A stretch of 64,000 bases of DNA from Candidatus Eiseniibacteriota bacterium. Its GTDB lineage: Bacteria > Eisenbacteria > RBG-16-71-46 > SZUA-252. The position numbers and the translations under genes were made by a program. Positions 45,740-55,440 of this stretch are shown piece by piece; the stretch's first letter is position 1, and the number at the start of each line of letters is the position of its first letter. The notes below the pieces were generated by a model that was not told where the DNA came from, did no database searches, and was given only the letters and a program-made list of their open reading frames with translations. The DNA lies in contig OY969801.1 in NCBI GenBank assembly GCA_963703225.1, positions 2,752,001 through 2,816,000 on the forward strand. Reading direction: 5' to 3'.

Positions 45740-48511
45740 CTACCTTGCTACGACGATCTTCCGCGCCTCAACTTGGCCAGCTTGCTCCAGCTTGGCGAAA
45801 TAGGTGCCTGACGCGACGGGCCGGCCCAAAGCATCCCTTCCGTCCCAACCCACCATGCGCCATCCCGAAGGCATCGCCTGATCGAATATCGTAACCACCT
45901 TTCGACCTGCCACGGTGTAGATGGCTAGCTTCACCGGGCCGCCCTTGGGAACTGCAAAGTTCAGATTCGTTCGCGCTCCGAAGGGATTCGGGTAGACGGG
46001 ATCGAGCCGCAATGCGAGCGGCGCGCCTGCCTCCGTGGGCACGCTCACCCAGACTTCGCTGGAGTACCCCCGGTCTCCCACCGTCTGGACCAGCAGCCGA
46101 TAGGCATACCGCTCGCCGGGGGCCACGGTGCGGTCCTCATAGGTGACCCGGGCGCCCGACTCTGCAGACGCAACACCCAGCAAAACCCAATCGCTGGAAG
46201 CCGTCCGCCGGTACACGGTGGCCACGGTGCCCCGCGCGTCCGGGACGACCCAGCGAAGACGAACAAGCCCCAACTCGGCCTGCACGTCCTGAAGCACAAC
46301 GGAGATTGCGGTTGGAATGCCTGGGCCAAGGTTCAACAGCACTGATACCGTGTTGGAATAGGAGCTGTTATTGGCCACCGCGAGATCCGGTTTCCCATCC
46401 CCGCTCACATCTCCCATCGCGACCGAGAGGGGAGTGTCCCCCGTCCCGTAGTCCACTTTCGTCTCGAAGGTCCCGTCCCCATTGCCCAAGAGGACGGACA
46501 CAGTGTTGGAATTGGCGTTCGCCACCGCGAGATCCGGCCTCCCCTCCCCGCTTACATCCCCGATCGCTACGGAGATGGGATAGCTCCCCGTCCCGTAGTC
46601 CACCTCCGCTCCAAAGGTCCCGTCTCCAACGCCCAAGAGAACGGAAACGACATTGGAGCCGATATTCGCCACCGCGAGATCCGGCTTCCCATCCCCGCTC
46701 AAATCACCGATCGCGACGGAGGAGGGATTGATCCCCGCCCCGTAGCCCACTGCTGCCGCGAAGGTCCCATCCCCATAGCCCAAGAGAACGGACACGACGG
46801 TGGAGCCGCTATTCGCCACCGCGAGATCCGGATTCCCATCCCCGCTCACGTCTCCGATCGCGACGGAGGTGGAACCGCTTCCTGTCGCGTAGTCCACCTT
46901 CGCCCCGAAGGTCCCATCCCCATTGCCCAAGAGAACGGAAACTAAGCCAAAGCCGAAATTCGCCACGGCGAGGTCTGGATTCCCATCCCCGCTCAAATCA
47001 CCGATCGCGACGGAGGAGGGTAGGTCCCCCACCCCCATGTCCACCTTCGACCCAAAGGTCCCGTCCCCATTGCCCAAGAGAACGGAAACGGTATTGGAAC
47101 CGCCATTCGCCACCGCGAGATCCGGCTTCCCATCCCCGCTCACGTCTCCGATCGCAACGGAGGAGGGACCGCTCCCCGTACCGTAGTCCACCTTCGCCCC
47201 AAAGGTCCCGTCTCCATTGCCCAGGAGAACGGAAACGGTACCGGAGCCGCTATTCGCCACCGTGAGATCCGGCTTCCCATCCCCGCTCACGTCCCCCATC
47301 GCGACGGAGGAGGGTTCGCTTCCGGCGCCGTAGTTCACGTTCGCTCCGAAGCTCCCATCCCCATTGCCCAGGAGAACGGAGAGGGTACTGGAGCCGCCAT
47401 TCGCCACCGCTAGATCCAGCTTCCCGTCCCCACTCACATCCCCTACCGCTATCGTTGAGGGACTCCTCCCCGTCCCGTAGTCCACCTTCGCCCCAAAGGT
47501 CCCGTCCCCATTGCCCAAGAGAATAGACACGGTGTTGGCGTCATTCGGCACCGCGAGATCCGGCTTCCCATCCCCGCTCACATCGCCGATCGCGACGGAG
47601 GAGGGATTGAGCCCTGTCCCGTACTCAACATTCGCTCCGAAGGTCCCGTCCCCATTGCCCAAAAGAACAGACACGGAGCTCACGTCTTGATTCGGCACCG
47701 CGAAATCCGGCTTCCCATCTCCACTCAAATCCCCGATCGCGATTGAGACCGGGCCACTCCCAGTCCCGTAGTCCACCTTTGCCCCGAATGTCCCGTCCCC
47801 ATTGCCCAAGAGAACGGAGACGGTGCTGGAGCTGTAATTCGGCACCGCGAGATCAGGCTTCCCGTCCCCGCTTACGTCCCCGATAGCGACGGCTCGCGGA
47901 CCGCCCCCCGTCTCGTAGTCCACCTTCGCCCCAAAGGTTCCGTCTCCATTGCCCAGGAGAACGGAGATGCTGTCGGCGTCATTCGGGACCGCGAGATCCT
48001 GCTTCCCATCCCCGCTCACATCCGCCATCGCAACGGTGCGAGGACCGCTCCCCGTCCCGAAGTCCACCTTCGCTCCAAACGTCCCGTCCCCATTGCCCAG
48101 GAGCACAGACACCGTGTTGGAGCCGTAGTTTGCCACTGCGAGGTCCGGCTTCCCGTCCCCGTTCACATCCCCGATCGCGACTCCCCGGGGACTGTCCCCC
48201 ACCCCATAGTCCACCTTCGCCCTGAAGGTCCCGTCTCCATTGCCCAAGAGAACCGACACGGTGGCACCGCTGTAATTCCCTGCAGCGAGGTCCGGCCTCC
48301 CATCTCCGTTCAGATCTGCCATCGCGACGGAGAATGGCGAAGGGCCCGTATCGAACGACAGAAACGCCGACGCAAACATCGGCCCGCCCCAGGACTTCTC
48401 CGAGGAGACCGTGATGACCGACAGACACAGGGCAAGCAGGAGCCCCAATCGCGGCACGACATGTTGACGACGGCCGGAACAGCGAGCTGCGGAAACCGGA
48501 GAGCCACTCAT
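45740..48511 (-). CDS. Secreted FG-GAP/VCBS repeat protein with conserved FN3-like + FlgD-Ig tail (family member B)
   Basis: 14 repeats of D(V/L)SGDGKPDLAVAN...VSVLLGNGDGTF; SD GGAGG before ATG 48511. Confidence 0.92.
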   Translation of the reverse strand: MSGSPVSAARCSGRRQHVVPRLGLLLALCLSVITVSSEKSWGGPMFASAFLSFDTGPSPFSVAMADLNGDGRPDLAAGNYSGATVSVLLGNGDGTFRAKVDYGVGDSPRGVAIGDVNGDGKPDLAVANYGSNTVSVLLGNGDGTFGAKVDFGTGSGPRTVAMADVSGDGKQDLAVPNDADSISVLLGNGDGTFGAKVDYETGGGPRAVAIGDVSGDGKPDLAVPNYSSSTVSVLLGNGDGTFGAKVDYGTGSGPVSIAIGDLSGDGKPDFAVPNQDVSSVSVLLGNGDGTFGANVEYGTGLNPSSVAIGDVSGDGKPDLAVPNDANTVSILLGNGDGTFGAKVDYGTGRSPSTIAVGDVSGDGKLDLAVANGGSSTLSVLLGNGDGSFGANVNYGAGSEPSSVAMGDVSGDGKPDLTVANSGSGTVSVLLGNGDGTFGAKVDYGTGSGPSSVAIGDVSGDGKPDLAVANGGSNTVSVLLGNGDGTFGSKVDMGVGDLPSSVAIGDLSGDGNPDLAVANFGFGLVSVLLGNGDGTFGAKVDYATGSGSTSVAIGDVSGDGNPDLAVANSGSTVVSVLLGYGDGTFAAAVGYGAGINPSSVAIGDLSGDGKPDLAVANIGSNVVSVLLGVGDGTFGAEVDYGTGSYPISVAIGDVSGEGRPDLAVANANSNTVSVLLGNGDGTFETKVDYGTGDTPLSVAMGDVSGDGKPDLAVANNSSYSNTVSVLLNLGPGIPTAISVVLQDVQAELGLVRLRWVVPDARGTVATVYRRTASSDWVLLGVASAESGARVTYEDRTVAPGERYAYRLLVQTVGDRGYSSEVWVSVPTEAGAPLALRLDPVYPNPFGARTNLNFAVPKGGPVKLAIYTVAGRKVVTIFDQAMPSGWRMVGWDGRDALGRPVASGTYFAKLEQAGQVEARKIVVAR
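46335..48350 (-). repeat. 14 coding tandem repeats of about 147 bp (48-49 aa FG-GAP units)
   Basis: Recurrent ggtcccgtccccattgcccaagagaacgga and gagatccggcttcccatccccgctcac. Confidence 0.95.
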
Positions 48512-48577
48512 GGCAGCACCTCCCTTTGAAGAACGGGCATTGGCGGACAACGCCCTTGCGACGTGAGAGGACCGCCT

Positions 48578-48610
48578 AGTGTACGCCTTAAGAGTAGCCC
48601 TGCACATTGC
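48578..48610 (-). promoter_or_regulatory. Conserved promoter block upstream of member B
   Basis: GCAATGTGcAGgGCTactctTAAGGCG-TACACT; 27/33 identical by eye to 55409-55440. Confidence 0.65.
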
Positions 48611-48839
48611 AGGGTGGCACCCACGGGGGAAACTCCAGACGCGCTCTGACCGACCCGAAGGGAGGTTGCACCTACCCAAGCTGCTCCTTCTTGGCGGGCT
48701 TGAAGTTGCCGGCGAGCTCCGGCACTGCTCCCCCCACGCCAGGGGCGCTGAGGGCTTCGAAGGCCGAGACGACCGCGACACGAAGCCCGCCCGCACTAGC
48801 GGAGCAGGGGATCCCGCTCGCGGTACCCACCATCGACGT

Positions 48840-48908
48840 GATCCTTTCCAACGCGAGCGGAAAGGTACTTTCACTCGCCAACCGGAGATCCTCTTGACCC
48901 TCGCGCGC
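48840..48908 (+). pseudogene. Inverted degenerate remnant of the 5' end of a MocR-regulator gene
   Basis: Encodes TFTRQPEILLTL, identical to residues 7-18 of 49018-50454, with only synonymous differences. Confidence 0.75.
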
Positions 48909-49017
48909 CGATTCTACGCCGCCCGGAACGCCCGATCTCGCGCGCCGCAACCAGTGATCACCGCACGCTTCTTCCCCCACTAATCCGAACGCGCCGGCAT
49001 CGCGTCGCGTCGGCGAC

Positions 49018-50454
49018 TCAGCCCCGCCCGGACGATCGCCCCGCGTCGCCGCTCCGGCACGCCTCCGCCACCCGCCGCACCGCCTCGCGGATTCCTCCCT
49101 CGCTCATTCCGCCGTACCCGAGGACCAGTGCCGGCATGGTGGAATCCGAGGGCCGAGCCCGGTACGCACCCATCGCGTAGACGAGGACCGAGCGCTCGGC
49201 CGCGGCTCGCACCACGGACTGCTCCTCTAGGCCTCGAGGCAACTCGACCACCAGGTGCAGCCCGGCGACTGCGCCGTGCGTTCGCCAGCCTGGGAGATGT
49301 CGGGTGATGGCCGCGGCGAGTGCGTCGCGGCGGCGGCGATATGTCAGGCGCATGCGCCGCAAATGTCGGTCGAGGTCGCCGCTGCGCAGGAGCTCGGCGT
49401 AGACCAGCTGGTCGATGGCGGCCGAGCCCAGGTCGGCGATCCGCTTGCTCTCGGCCGCGGCCTTGCGCCAGGCGCGGGGCACCACCATCCACCCCAGGCG
49501 GAGTGCCGGGGCGAGAATCTTGCTCGCCGAGCCCGCGTAGACGACGTGTCTCGGGTCGAGGCCCTGGAGCGCTCCCACTCCGGCGCGGTCGTAGCGATAC
49601 TCGGCGTCGTAGTCGTCCTCGATGACAAGCGCGCCGCGCTCGTTCGCCCAAGCGCAGAGCTCCTGGCGCCGTTTAGGTGCCATCACGGCTCCGGTCGGAA
49701 ACTGGTGCGCCGGAGTGACCAGGACCGCATCCACCTCGAGCCGCGCGAGGCGATCCACGCGGAGGCCGCGCTCGTCCACGGCGACGGAGACCGGCTCGAG
49801 GCCCGCTTGGCGGACGATCTGCCCCAGACCGGGGTGGCCGGGGTTCTCGATCCCGATCCGCCGGGCGCCGCGGCGACGGAGCGCGTGGGAGATAACGCCC
49901 AGGCCTTGCGCGAACCCGTTGCACACGACGATGTCGCGCGGATCCGCTACGACATGACGCACACGGCCGGCGTATTCGGCCAGCGCTGCGCGCAGCTCGG
50001 GCGTGCCCTGGGGATCGCCGTAGCTCAAGTGAGCGGGGCCGAGCGAGTGCAACACCCGTCGCACCGCGCGGGCGAAGGCCGCCCGAGGAAAGAGCCGCAG
50101 ATCGGGGAGGCCCGGTCGGAAGTCGAACCGGATAGGCGCCGGGTCGGGTGCGATCGGCTCAGCGTTGTCGACCGCCGCTGGCGCGGCGGCGACGAAGGTG
50201 CGCGAGCCCCGGTGGCCGGCCAGGAAGCCTTCCGCGATGAGCTGGTCGTAGGCCTCGACGACGACCCCGCGCGATACGCCGAGATCGCGGGCAAGCGCCC
50301 GTGTCGAGGGCAGGGCAGCGCCGCGGCGCAAGCGACCCGAGCGCACCGCCTCGCGCAGCCCACGCTCGATTTGGAGGTGCAGCGCCCCTCCGCCGCGCTC
50401 GAGGGTAAGGAGTATCTCAGGCTGCCTCGTGAAAGTGGTCCTGTCTTTTCGCAT
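49018..50454 (-). CDS. MocR/GabR-family transcriptional regulator (GntR HTH plus PLP aminotransferase domain)
   Basis: LPSTRALARDLGVSRGVVVEAYDQL, TPAHQFPTG, IEDDYDAEY, SASKILAPALRLGW. Confidence 0.96.
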   Translation of the reverse strand: MRKDRTTFTRQPEILLTLERGGGALHLQIERGLREAVRSGRLRRGAALPSTRALARDLGVSRGVVVEAYDQLIAEGFLAGHRGSRTFVAAAPAAVDNAEPIAPDPAPIRFDFRPGLPDLRLFPRAAFARAVRRVLHSLGPAHLSYGDPQGTPELRAALAEYAGRVRHVVADPRDIVVCNGFAQGLGVISHALRRRGARRIGIENPGHPGLGQIVRQAGLEPVSVAVDERGLRVDRLARLEVDAVLVTPAHQFPTGAVMAPKRRQELCAWANERGALVIEDDYDAEYRYDRAGVGALQGLDPRHVVYAGSASKILAPALRLGWMVVPRAWRKAAAESKRIADLGSAAIDQLVYAELLRSGDLDRHLRRMRLTYRRRRDALAAAITRHLPGWRTHGAVAGLHLVVELPRGLEEQSVVRAAAERSVLVYAMGAYRARPSDSTMPALVLGYGGMSEGGIREAVRRVAEACRSGDAGRSSGRG

Positions 50455-50598
50455 GGAACCGGAGCTTACACAAGGACCGGCACTCCGCCTATCCTCCGCT
50501 GCGTGCCCGACCTCGGCGACGTGGAGACCGCGATCCCACCCTGCGTGATTTGCGTGCTGGGCCCCGCGGAATGGGCCACCTCACACCTGGGGATAGTC

Positions 50599-51741
50599 AT
50601 GAACTGGCTCGCCGTGCTGCTGATACTGCTGAGCGCAAGCACGGCCCACGCGCGATCTCCCGTCGAGCTGAAGGAGTTCTTGTCGACCCATGCGCAGACT
50701 CCCGAGGACTACATTGTTTCGAAGTTCGCGAAGTACGACCTGGTGCTCATCGGCGAACAGCACTGGGTGCGCCAGCAGGTCACGCTGGTCGGGAGCCTCA
50801 TCCCGCAGCTTCACCGAGCGGGCATCGCTATCCTAGCGATCGAATTCGCCCGCCGAAGCGACCAGGCTTTGATCGACTCGCTGCTGAACGCGACCGAGTA
50901 CGATGAGAAGCTGGCGCGCCGGATCACCCTGCAGGGTCTCGTCCAGTGGGGCTACCAGGAGTACGTCGATCTCTACCGCGCAGCGTGGCGGGTCAACCAT
51001 GACCTGTCGCCGGGCGTGCCGCGTTTCCGCATTCTCGCGCTCGATGGCTCGCCGGACTACAGCGTCATCCGGAAGCACGAGGACCTTGACGATCCGCACG
51101 TGCGGCGTAGGATGCTGCACGGTGAGACGGAGAAGGACTGGGCGACCCTGCTCATCGACAGCGTCCTCGCGAAGCGCAAGCAGGCACTCGTCTATACCGG
51201 CTTGCATCACGCGTTCACGAAATACGCCCAGCCGATTGTCTCGGATGGAGCGCTCCTCCGTCTCGAGGATTCGCGCTTCGGCCAGTACCTGCACGCGTAC
51301 GCTCCGTCACGCATCTTCATGATCGCCATGCATGACCCGTGGCCGGGCGAAGCCGGCTACGACGCTCCGCCAGTGCTGCCGGCGGATGGGAGCCTCGACA
51401 AGGCACTGGAATCGGCCGGGAGTGGTTGGCAACGGGTGGGATTCGACTTGGTCGGCACTCCGTTCGGTGCGATGGAATCTCACACTTCCGTGTACAAGCA
51501 TGGCCACGAGCCGTTCACGATGGACGAGTTCGCGGACGGCTACGTGTACCTCGGCCCAATCTCGCGGTACGAGCCAGTCACACCCATCGCGGATTTCGTC
51601 GACGAGAGCAACATCGACTACGCGCGGGCCAACTCGGCAAATCCGGCCGACCGAACGGCGTCGATCGAGAGTTTCAACCGCTCTATCGCGGCGTCGCTCG
51701 AACGTGCGAAGAGAAGGTGGGGACAGGTACCCAGGCCCTAG
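50599..51741 (+). CDS. Secreted ChaN/EreA/TIKI-superfamily-like protein
   Basis: Signal peptide, LIGEQH, LAIEF, YTGLHHA. Confidence 0.7.
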   Translation: MNWLAVLLILLSASTAHARSPVELKEFLSTHAQTPEDYIVSKFAKYDLVLIGEQHWVRQQVTLVGSLIPQLHRAGIAILAIEFARRSDQALIDSLLNATEYDEKLARRITLQGLVQWGYQEYVDLYRAAWRVNHDLSPGVPRFRILALDGSPDYSVIRKHEDLDDPHVRRRMLHGETEKDWATLLIDSVLAKRKQALVYTGLHHAFTKYAQPIVSDGALLRLEDSRFGQYLHAYAPSRIFMIAMHDPWPGEAGYDAPPVLPADGSLDKALESAGSGWQRVGFDLVGTPFGAMESHTSVYKHGHEPFTMDEFADGYVYLGPISRYEPVTPIADFVDESNIDYARANSANPADRTASIESFNRSIAASLERAKRRWGQVPRP

Positions 51742-51781
51742 GGCATTGGCGTAGTCGCCGATCGTTGGGAGGATCAGGCGC

Positions 51782-52486
51782 ATGACTCTTCGGGCCAACT
51801 CGCGTCTCGCCGGCTTCACGTTTCTGCTCCACTTCGTGGTCGGGCTCGGCAGCATGGTCCTCTTCCAACAGGCCAGCGCCGGTGACGGGACGGCCGCCAG
51901 GCTCGCGAGCATCGCCCAGCACGCGACCCTCGTGCGCGTGGCCGCGCTGCTGCTGTCGCTCGAGTTCCTTTGCGAGCTGGTGCTGGCCGTGACGCTCTTC
52001 GCGCTCACCCGCGACCAGGACCGAGATCTGGCGCTCCTCGCCGTGGGCTGCCGCCTGACCGAGGGCGTGATCGCCGCGCTCGCCACCGGCAGCCGACTGG
52101 ATCTGCTCGCGGTCGCGATCGCGAGCCGCACGGCGACCGGCGCGGGCGCCGCGGCGGTACAGGCGCTCGGCGCCTCGCTCATGAACGGCACCGCTGGCCC
52201 CGCCGCGCTCTGCTTCTCGGTCGGCAACCTGATCTTCGCATCACTCTTCCTGCGCGCGAGAAGTATCCCGGTGTGGCTCGCCTGGCTCGGTGTGGTGGCC
52301 TCGGTCCTGGGCCTGCTGGAGTTCTCGCTGGAGATGCTGGGCTTCCTGCACGGACCCGTGACCTTCGTCCCGTGGATCCCGATGGCGCTGTTCGAGCTGA
52401 TCCTCGGGCTTTGGCTCCTGATCAAGGGTGTGGCGGTGCGATCGGCGCCCGCGCCCTACCCCACGCCCTCCGGGAGCCTCGCGTGA
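51782..52486 (+). CDS. DUF4386-like membrane protein
   Basis: RLAG..., IPVWLAWLG, PMALFELILGLWLLIKG. Confidence 0.85.
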   Translation: MTLRANSRLAGFTFLLHFVVGLGSMVLFQQASAGDGTAARLASIAQHATLVRVAALLLSLEFLCELVLAVTLFALTRDQDRDLALLAVGCRLTEGVIAALATGSRLDLLAVAIASRTATGAGAAAVQALGASLMNGTAGPAALCFSVGNLIFASLFLRARSIPVWLAWLGVVASVLGLLEFSLEMLGFLHGPVTFVPWIPMALFELILGLWLLIKGVAVRSAPAPYPTPSGSLA

Positions 52487-53259
52487 TGGTCACCTCCGGG
52501 CGGGATCCGGTGGCGCTCGACACGATCGATCCGTCGCAGCGCGCCGCCGCACGGGTGGTGGGGCTCACGTATCTTCTCGCCCTTCCGCCCGCGATCTTCG
52601 CGGAGTTCTTCGTCCTCGGCCGCCTGGTCTCCAGCGATGCGGCCGAGACCGCCCGAAACATCGTTGCGCACGAGCGACTCTTCCGCCTCGGGATCGCCAG
52701 CAACCTGTTCGTCTTTGCGCTGGACGTGGCCCTGATCGCGGCACTCTACGTCACGCTCAGGCCGGTCCACCGCGGCCTGGCCCTGCTCGCGGTCCTCTGG
52801 CGGATGATCGAGACCGTGATGCTGGTGGGAATCACGCTCAACGACTTCACCGCTCTGCGCCTGCTGAGCGGCGTCGAGTATCTCCACGCCTTCGAGCCGG
52901 AACGGCTGCACGCGCTGGCGAGGCTCGCGATGAGTGGACACGGCGCCGGGTACCAGGTGGGGCTGGTCTTCTCTGGGCTCGGGGGCACGGTGTTCTGCTG
53001 GCTGTGGCTCAGGTCCGGCTTCATTCCGAAGGCGCTCGCCGCCTGGGGGGTGTTTGCGTCGGCGCTCCTAGGAACCTGCGCGTTCACGTTCATCGTGTTC
53101 CCCGAGGCCGCGAATGTCGTCACGATCGTCTACTACGGCACCCCGATCTTCACCTTCGAGCTCGTGACCGGCTTGTGGCTCACGCTCCGGGGGATTCGGC
53201 CGCCCAGGGCGGTCGGGCCGGTCCGGGGCGCGACCGCGCACGCAGACGCTCACGCCTAG
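52486..53259 (+). CDS. DUF4386-like membrane protein (second tandem copy)
   Basis: AARVVGLTYL, TARNIVAHERLFRLG, IPKALAAWG, FELVTGLWLTLRG; TGATG overlap. Confidence 0.87.
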   Translation: MVTSGRDPVALDTIDPSQRAAARVVGLTYLLALPPAIFAEFFVLGRLVSSDAAETARNIVAHERLFRLGIASNLFVFALDVALIAALYVTLRPVHRGLALLAVLWRMIETVMLVGITLNDFTALRLLSGVEYLHAFEPERLHALARLAMSGHGAGYQVGLVFSGLGGTVFCWLWLRSGFIPKALAAWGVFASALLGTCAFTFIVFPEAANVVTIVYYGTPIFTFELVTGLWLTLRGIRPPRAVGPVRGATAHADAHA

Positions 53260-53322
53260 GCGCGGCCTGTGTCTGCTCCCCAAACGTAACGCTGTTCGAA
53301 CTTCACAGGACGAGCTGAGGCC

Positions 53323-55359
53323 TCACCTGGCCACAATGACCTTCCGCACCTGCACCTGCCCCGCGGCCTCCAGCTTGGCGAAGTAGGTGCCTGACGCGAC
53401 GGGCCGGCCCGAAGCATCCCTTCCCTCCCACGCCACCAAGCGCCAGCCCGACGGCATCGCCTGATCGAATATCGTAACTACCTTTCGACCAGCCACGGTG
53501 TAGATGGCCAGTTTGGCCGTGCCTCCCCTGGGAACAGCAAAGTTCAGGTTCGTCCTCGCTCCGAACGGATTCGGGTACACGGGATCGAGTCGCAACGCGA
53601 GCGGCGCGCCTGCATCGGATGGAACCAAGACCCAAACCTCGTTCGAATAGCCTTGATCTCTCGCAGACTGGACGAAGAGGCGGTACGCGTAGCGCTCCCC
53701 CGGCATCACCGACCGGTCTTCGTAACGGACAAAGCTGCCGCTCTCGGCGTCGGCCAGCCCTAGATCTGCCCAGTCGCTGGCCGCCCTGCGTCGCTGCAAC
53801 GTGCAGACCGTGCTCCGCGCGTCCGGGACGACCCAGCGAAGGCGAACAACCCCTATCTCGGCCTGCACGTCCTGAAGCGCAACGGAGATTGCGGTTGGAA
53901 TGTCCACTGCCAGCACCTGCATGGCGTAGATGTCGAGGTCGACGCCGCTGCGCGTGTCACTCCAGCCCACGATCGCTCCGCCCCCGCCGGTCGCAACGAT
54001 CGCGGGGTCCCCTTGCCCGCTGGGCAGGTTGACCACCGGGAGACCGGTGTCGGGGTACGTGGGATCCAAGGCTCCCGAAGCGACGACATGCTGGGTGACG
54101 ATGTCGAAGCTCTCCTCCCACGCGACGACGGCCCCGCCCGCGCCATCGGGGACGATCACTGCGTGGGTCTGCTGCTGTTCGCTGATGCTTAGCGCCTTCC
54201 CGGCGGGCGGCCAGGCCGGGTCCACGACCCCCGCGGCTGTGATGTGCTGTGCGTACATGCTCAATTTGTTCAATTGGGTCGTGAACGCTTGCCACGTCAC
54301 GATGGCGCCGCCCGCGCCGTCCGGGACGGCGAATGGGCGCGTCTCCAGGTCGCCTGCATTGGAGATGGCCCTGCCGTCCACGAGCCAGGCTGGATCGACC
54401 TCGCCCGAGCCGAGCACGTGCTGCGCGAAGATGTGGTTCTCGTTGGCGACGCGGCCATCGGTCCAAGCGATCACGGCCCCGCCTGCGCCATCCGAGACGA
54501 CCGTCGGGAAGCCCTGATTGCCGGCGGCGGCGCACACGGCGAGGCCGTCTACGGGCCACGCCCGATCCACGACGCCCGACTCCAGGACGTGCTGCGCGAA
54601 GACGTCGAAGTTGTTCACGTCGCGTGCGTCCTGCCACGTGATGATCGCGCCACCCGCGCCGTCCTCCACGATGACGGGGAATTCCTGGTTCCCAGGCGCG
54701 CTGCACACGGCAATGCCGTTCACGGGCCACCGGAGATCCACGAGGCCCGACGCCAAGATGTGCTGTGCGTAGATGTCCGCCGCACTCGCCCCCGGCCGGC
54801 CGTCGAGCCACGTGACGATCGCTCCACCCGCGCCGTCCGCAATCATGGTCAGTTTGTTCTGAACGCCCTCGATCTCGCAGAGCGCCGTCCCATTGGCCTT
54901 CCAGTCGGGATCCACCTCACCCGATGCCAGCACGTGCTGCGCGAAGATGTCCGTATCGGTCGCGGCGCTGCGTAGATCCTGCCAGGCGACGATGGCTCCC
55001 CCCGCGGCATCCGAGACGATCACCGGAGACGTCTGCCCTCCGTCCGCGGTCCCCATCGCGAGCGAGTCGGTCAACAGCGCCTGCCCGTTGTTGGGCCACG
55101 CGGCATCCACTTCCCCCGAGGCCAGCACGTGCTGGGCAAAGATATTGACCCTAGGGCTGCGCAGATCCTGCCACGTGATGATCGCCCCGTCGGCGCCGTC
55201 CGTCGCGATTGAGGCGTGCTGCTGGCCGTTGACCGCGGTGCTAATGGCGCGGCCGAACTGCGGCCAGTCGGCCGAGGCGAGGGGTGGGACTGCGAACGAG
55301 CAAATCGCGACCCCGGCGATCACGAGTGGAACGAAAGTGGAACGCGATCCGATACTCAT
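53323..55359 (-). CDS. Secreted repeat (beta-propeller-like) protein with conserved FN3-like + FlgD-Ig tail (family member C)
   Basis: 8 repeats of DGAGGAI(I/V)xW.D....IFAQH(V/I)L.SG.VD..W; SD GGAGG before ATG 55359. Confidence 0.88.
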   Translation of the reverse strand: MSIGSRSTFVPLVIAGVAICSFAVPPLASADWPQFGRAISTAVNGQQHASIATDGADGAIITWQDLRSPRVNIFAQHVLASGEVDAAWPNNGQALLTDSLAMGTADGGQTSPVIVSDAAGGAIVAWQDLRSAATDTDIFAQHVLASGEVDPDWKANGTALCEIEGVQNKLTMIADGAGGAIVTWLDGRPGASAADIYAQHILASGLVDLRWPVNGIAVCSAPGNQEFPVIVEDGAGGAIITWQDARDVNNFDVFAQHVLESGVVDRAWPVDGLAVCAAAGNQGFPTVVSDGAGGAVIAWTDGRVANENHIFAQHVLGSGEVDPAWLVDGRAISNAGDLETRPFAVPDGAGGAIVTWQAFTTQLNKLSMYAQHITAAGVVDPAWPPAGKALSISEQQQTHAVIVPDGAGGAVVAWEESFDIVTQHVVASGALDPTYPDTGLPVVNLPSGQGDPAIVATGGGGAIVGWSDTRSGVDLDIYAMQVLAVDIPTAISVALQDVQAEIGVVRLRWVVPDARSTVCTLQRRRAASDWADLGLADAESGSFVRYEDRSVMPGERYAYRLFVQSARDQGYSNEVWVLVPSDAGAPLALRLDPVYPNPFGARTNLNFAVPRGGTAKLAIYTVAGRKVVTIFDQAMPSGWRLVAWEGRDASGRPVASGTYFAKLEAAGQVQVRKVIVAR

Positions 55360-55408
55360 GGCGAAATTCCCTCCCTTCGTTGACGCCACCGGGGGGAAAG
55401 GAGCATGG

Positions 55409-55440
55409 AGTATACGCCTTAGGGAAGCGCTACACATTGC
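55409..55440 (-). promoter_or_regulatory. Conserved promoter block upstream of member C
   Basis: GCAATGTGtAGcGCTtcccTAAGGCG-TATACT; matches 48578-48610. Confidence 0.65.

Noticed and set aside
46335..48350. Periodic repeats as a CRISPR array or DGR
   Set aside because: In-frame coding repeats; no unique spacers, cas genes, reverse transcriptase or template repeat
49255..50598. N-terminal 448 aa of the 828-aa ORF 49255-51741
   Set aside because: Antisense shadow of the MocR gene; the real gene starts at ATG 50599 with a signal peptide
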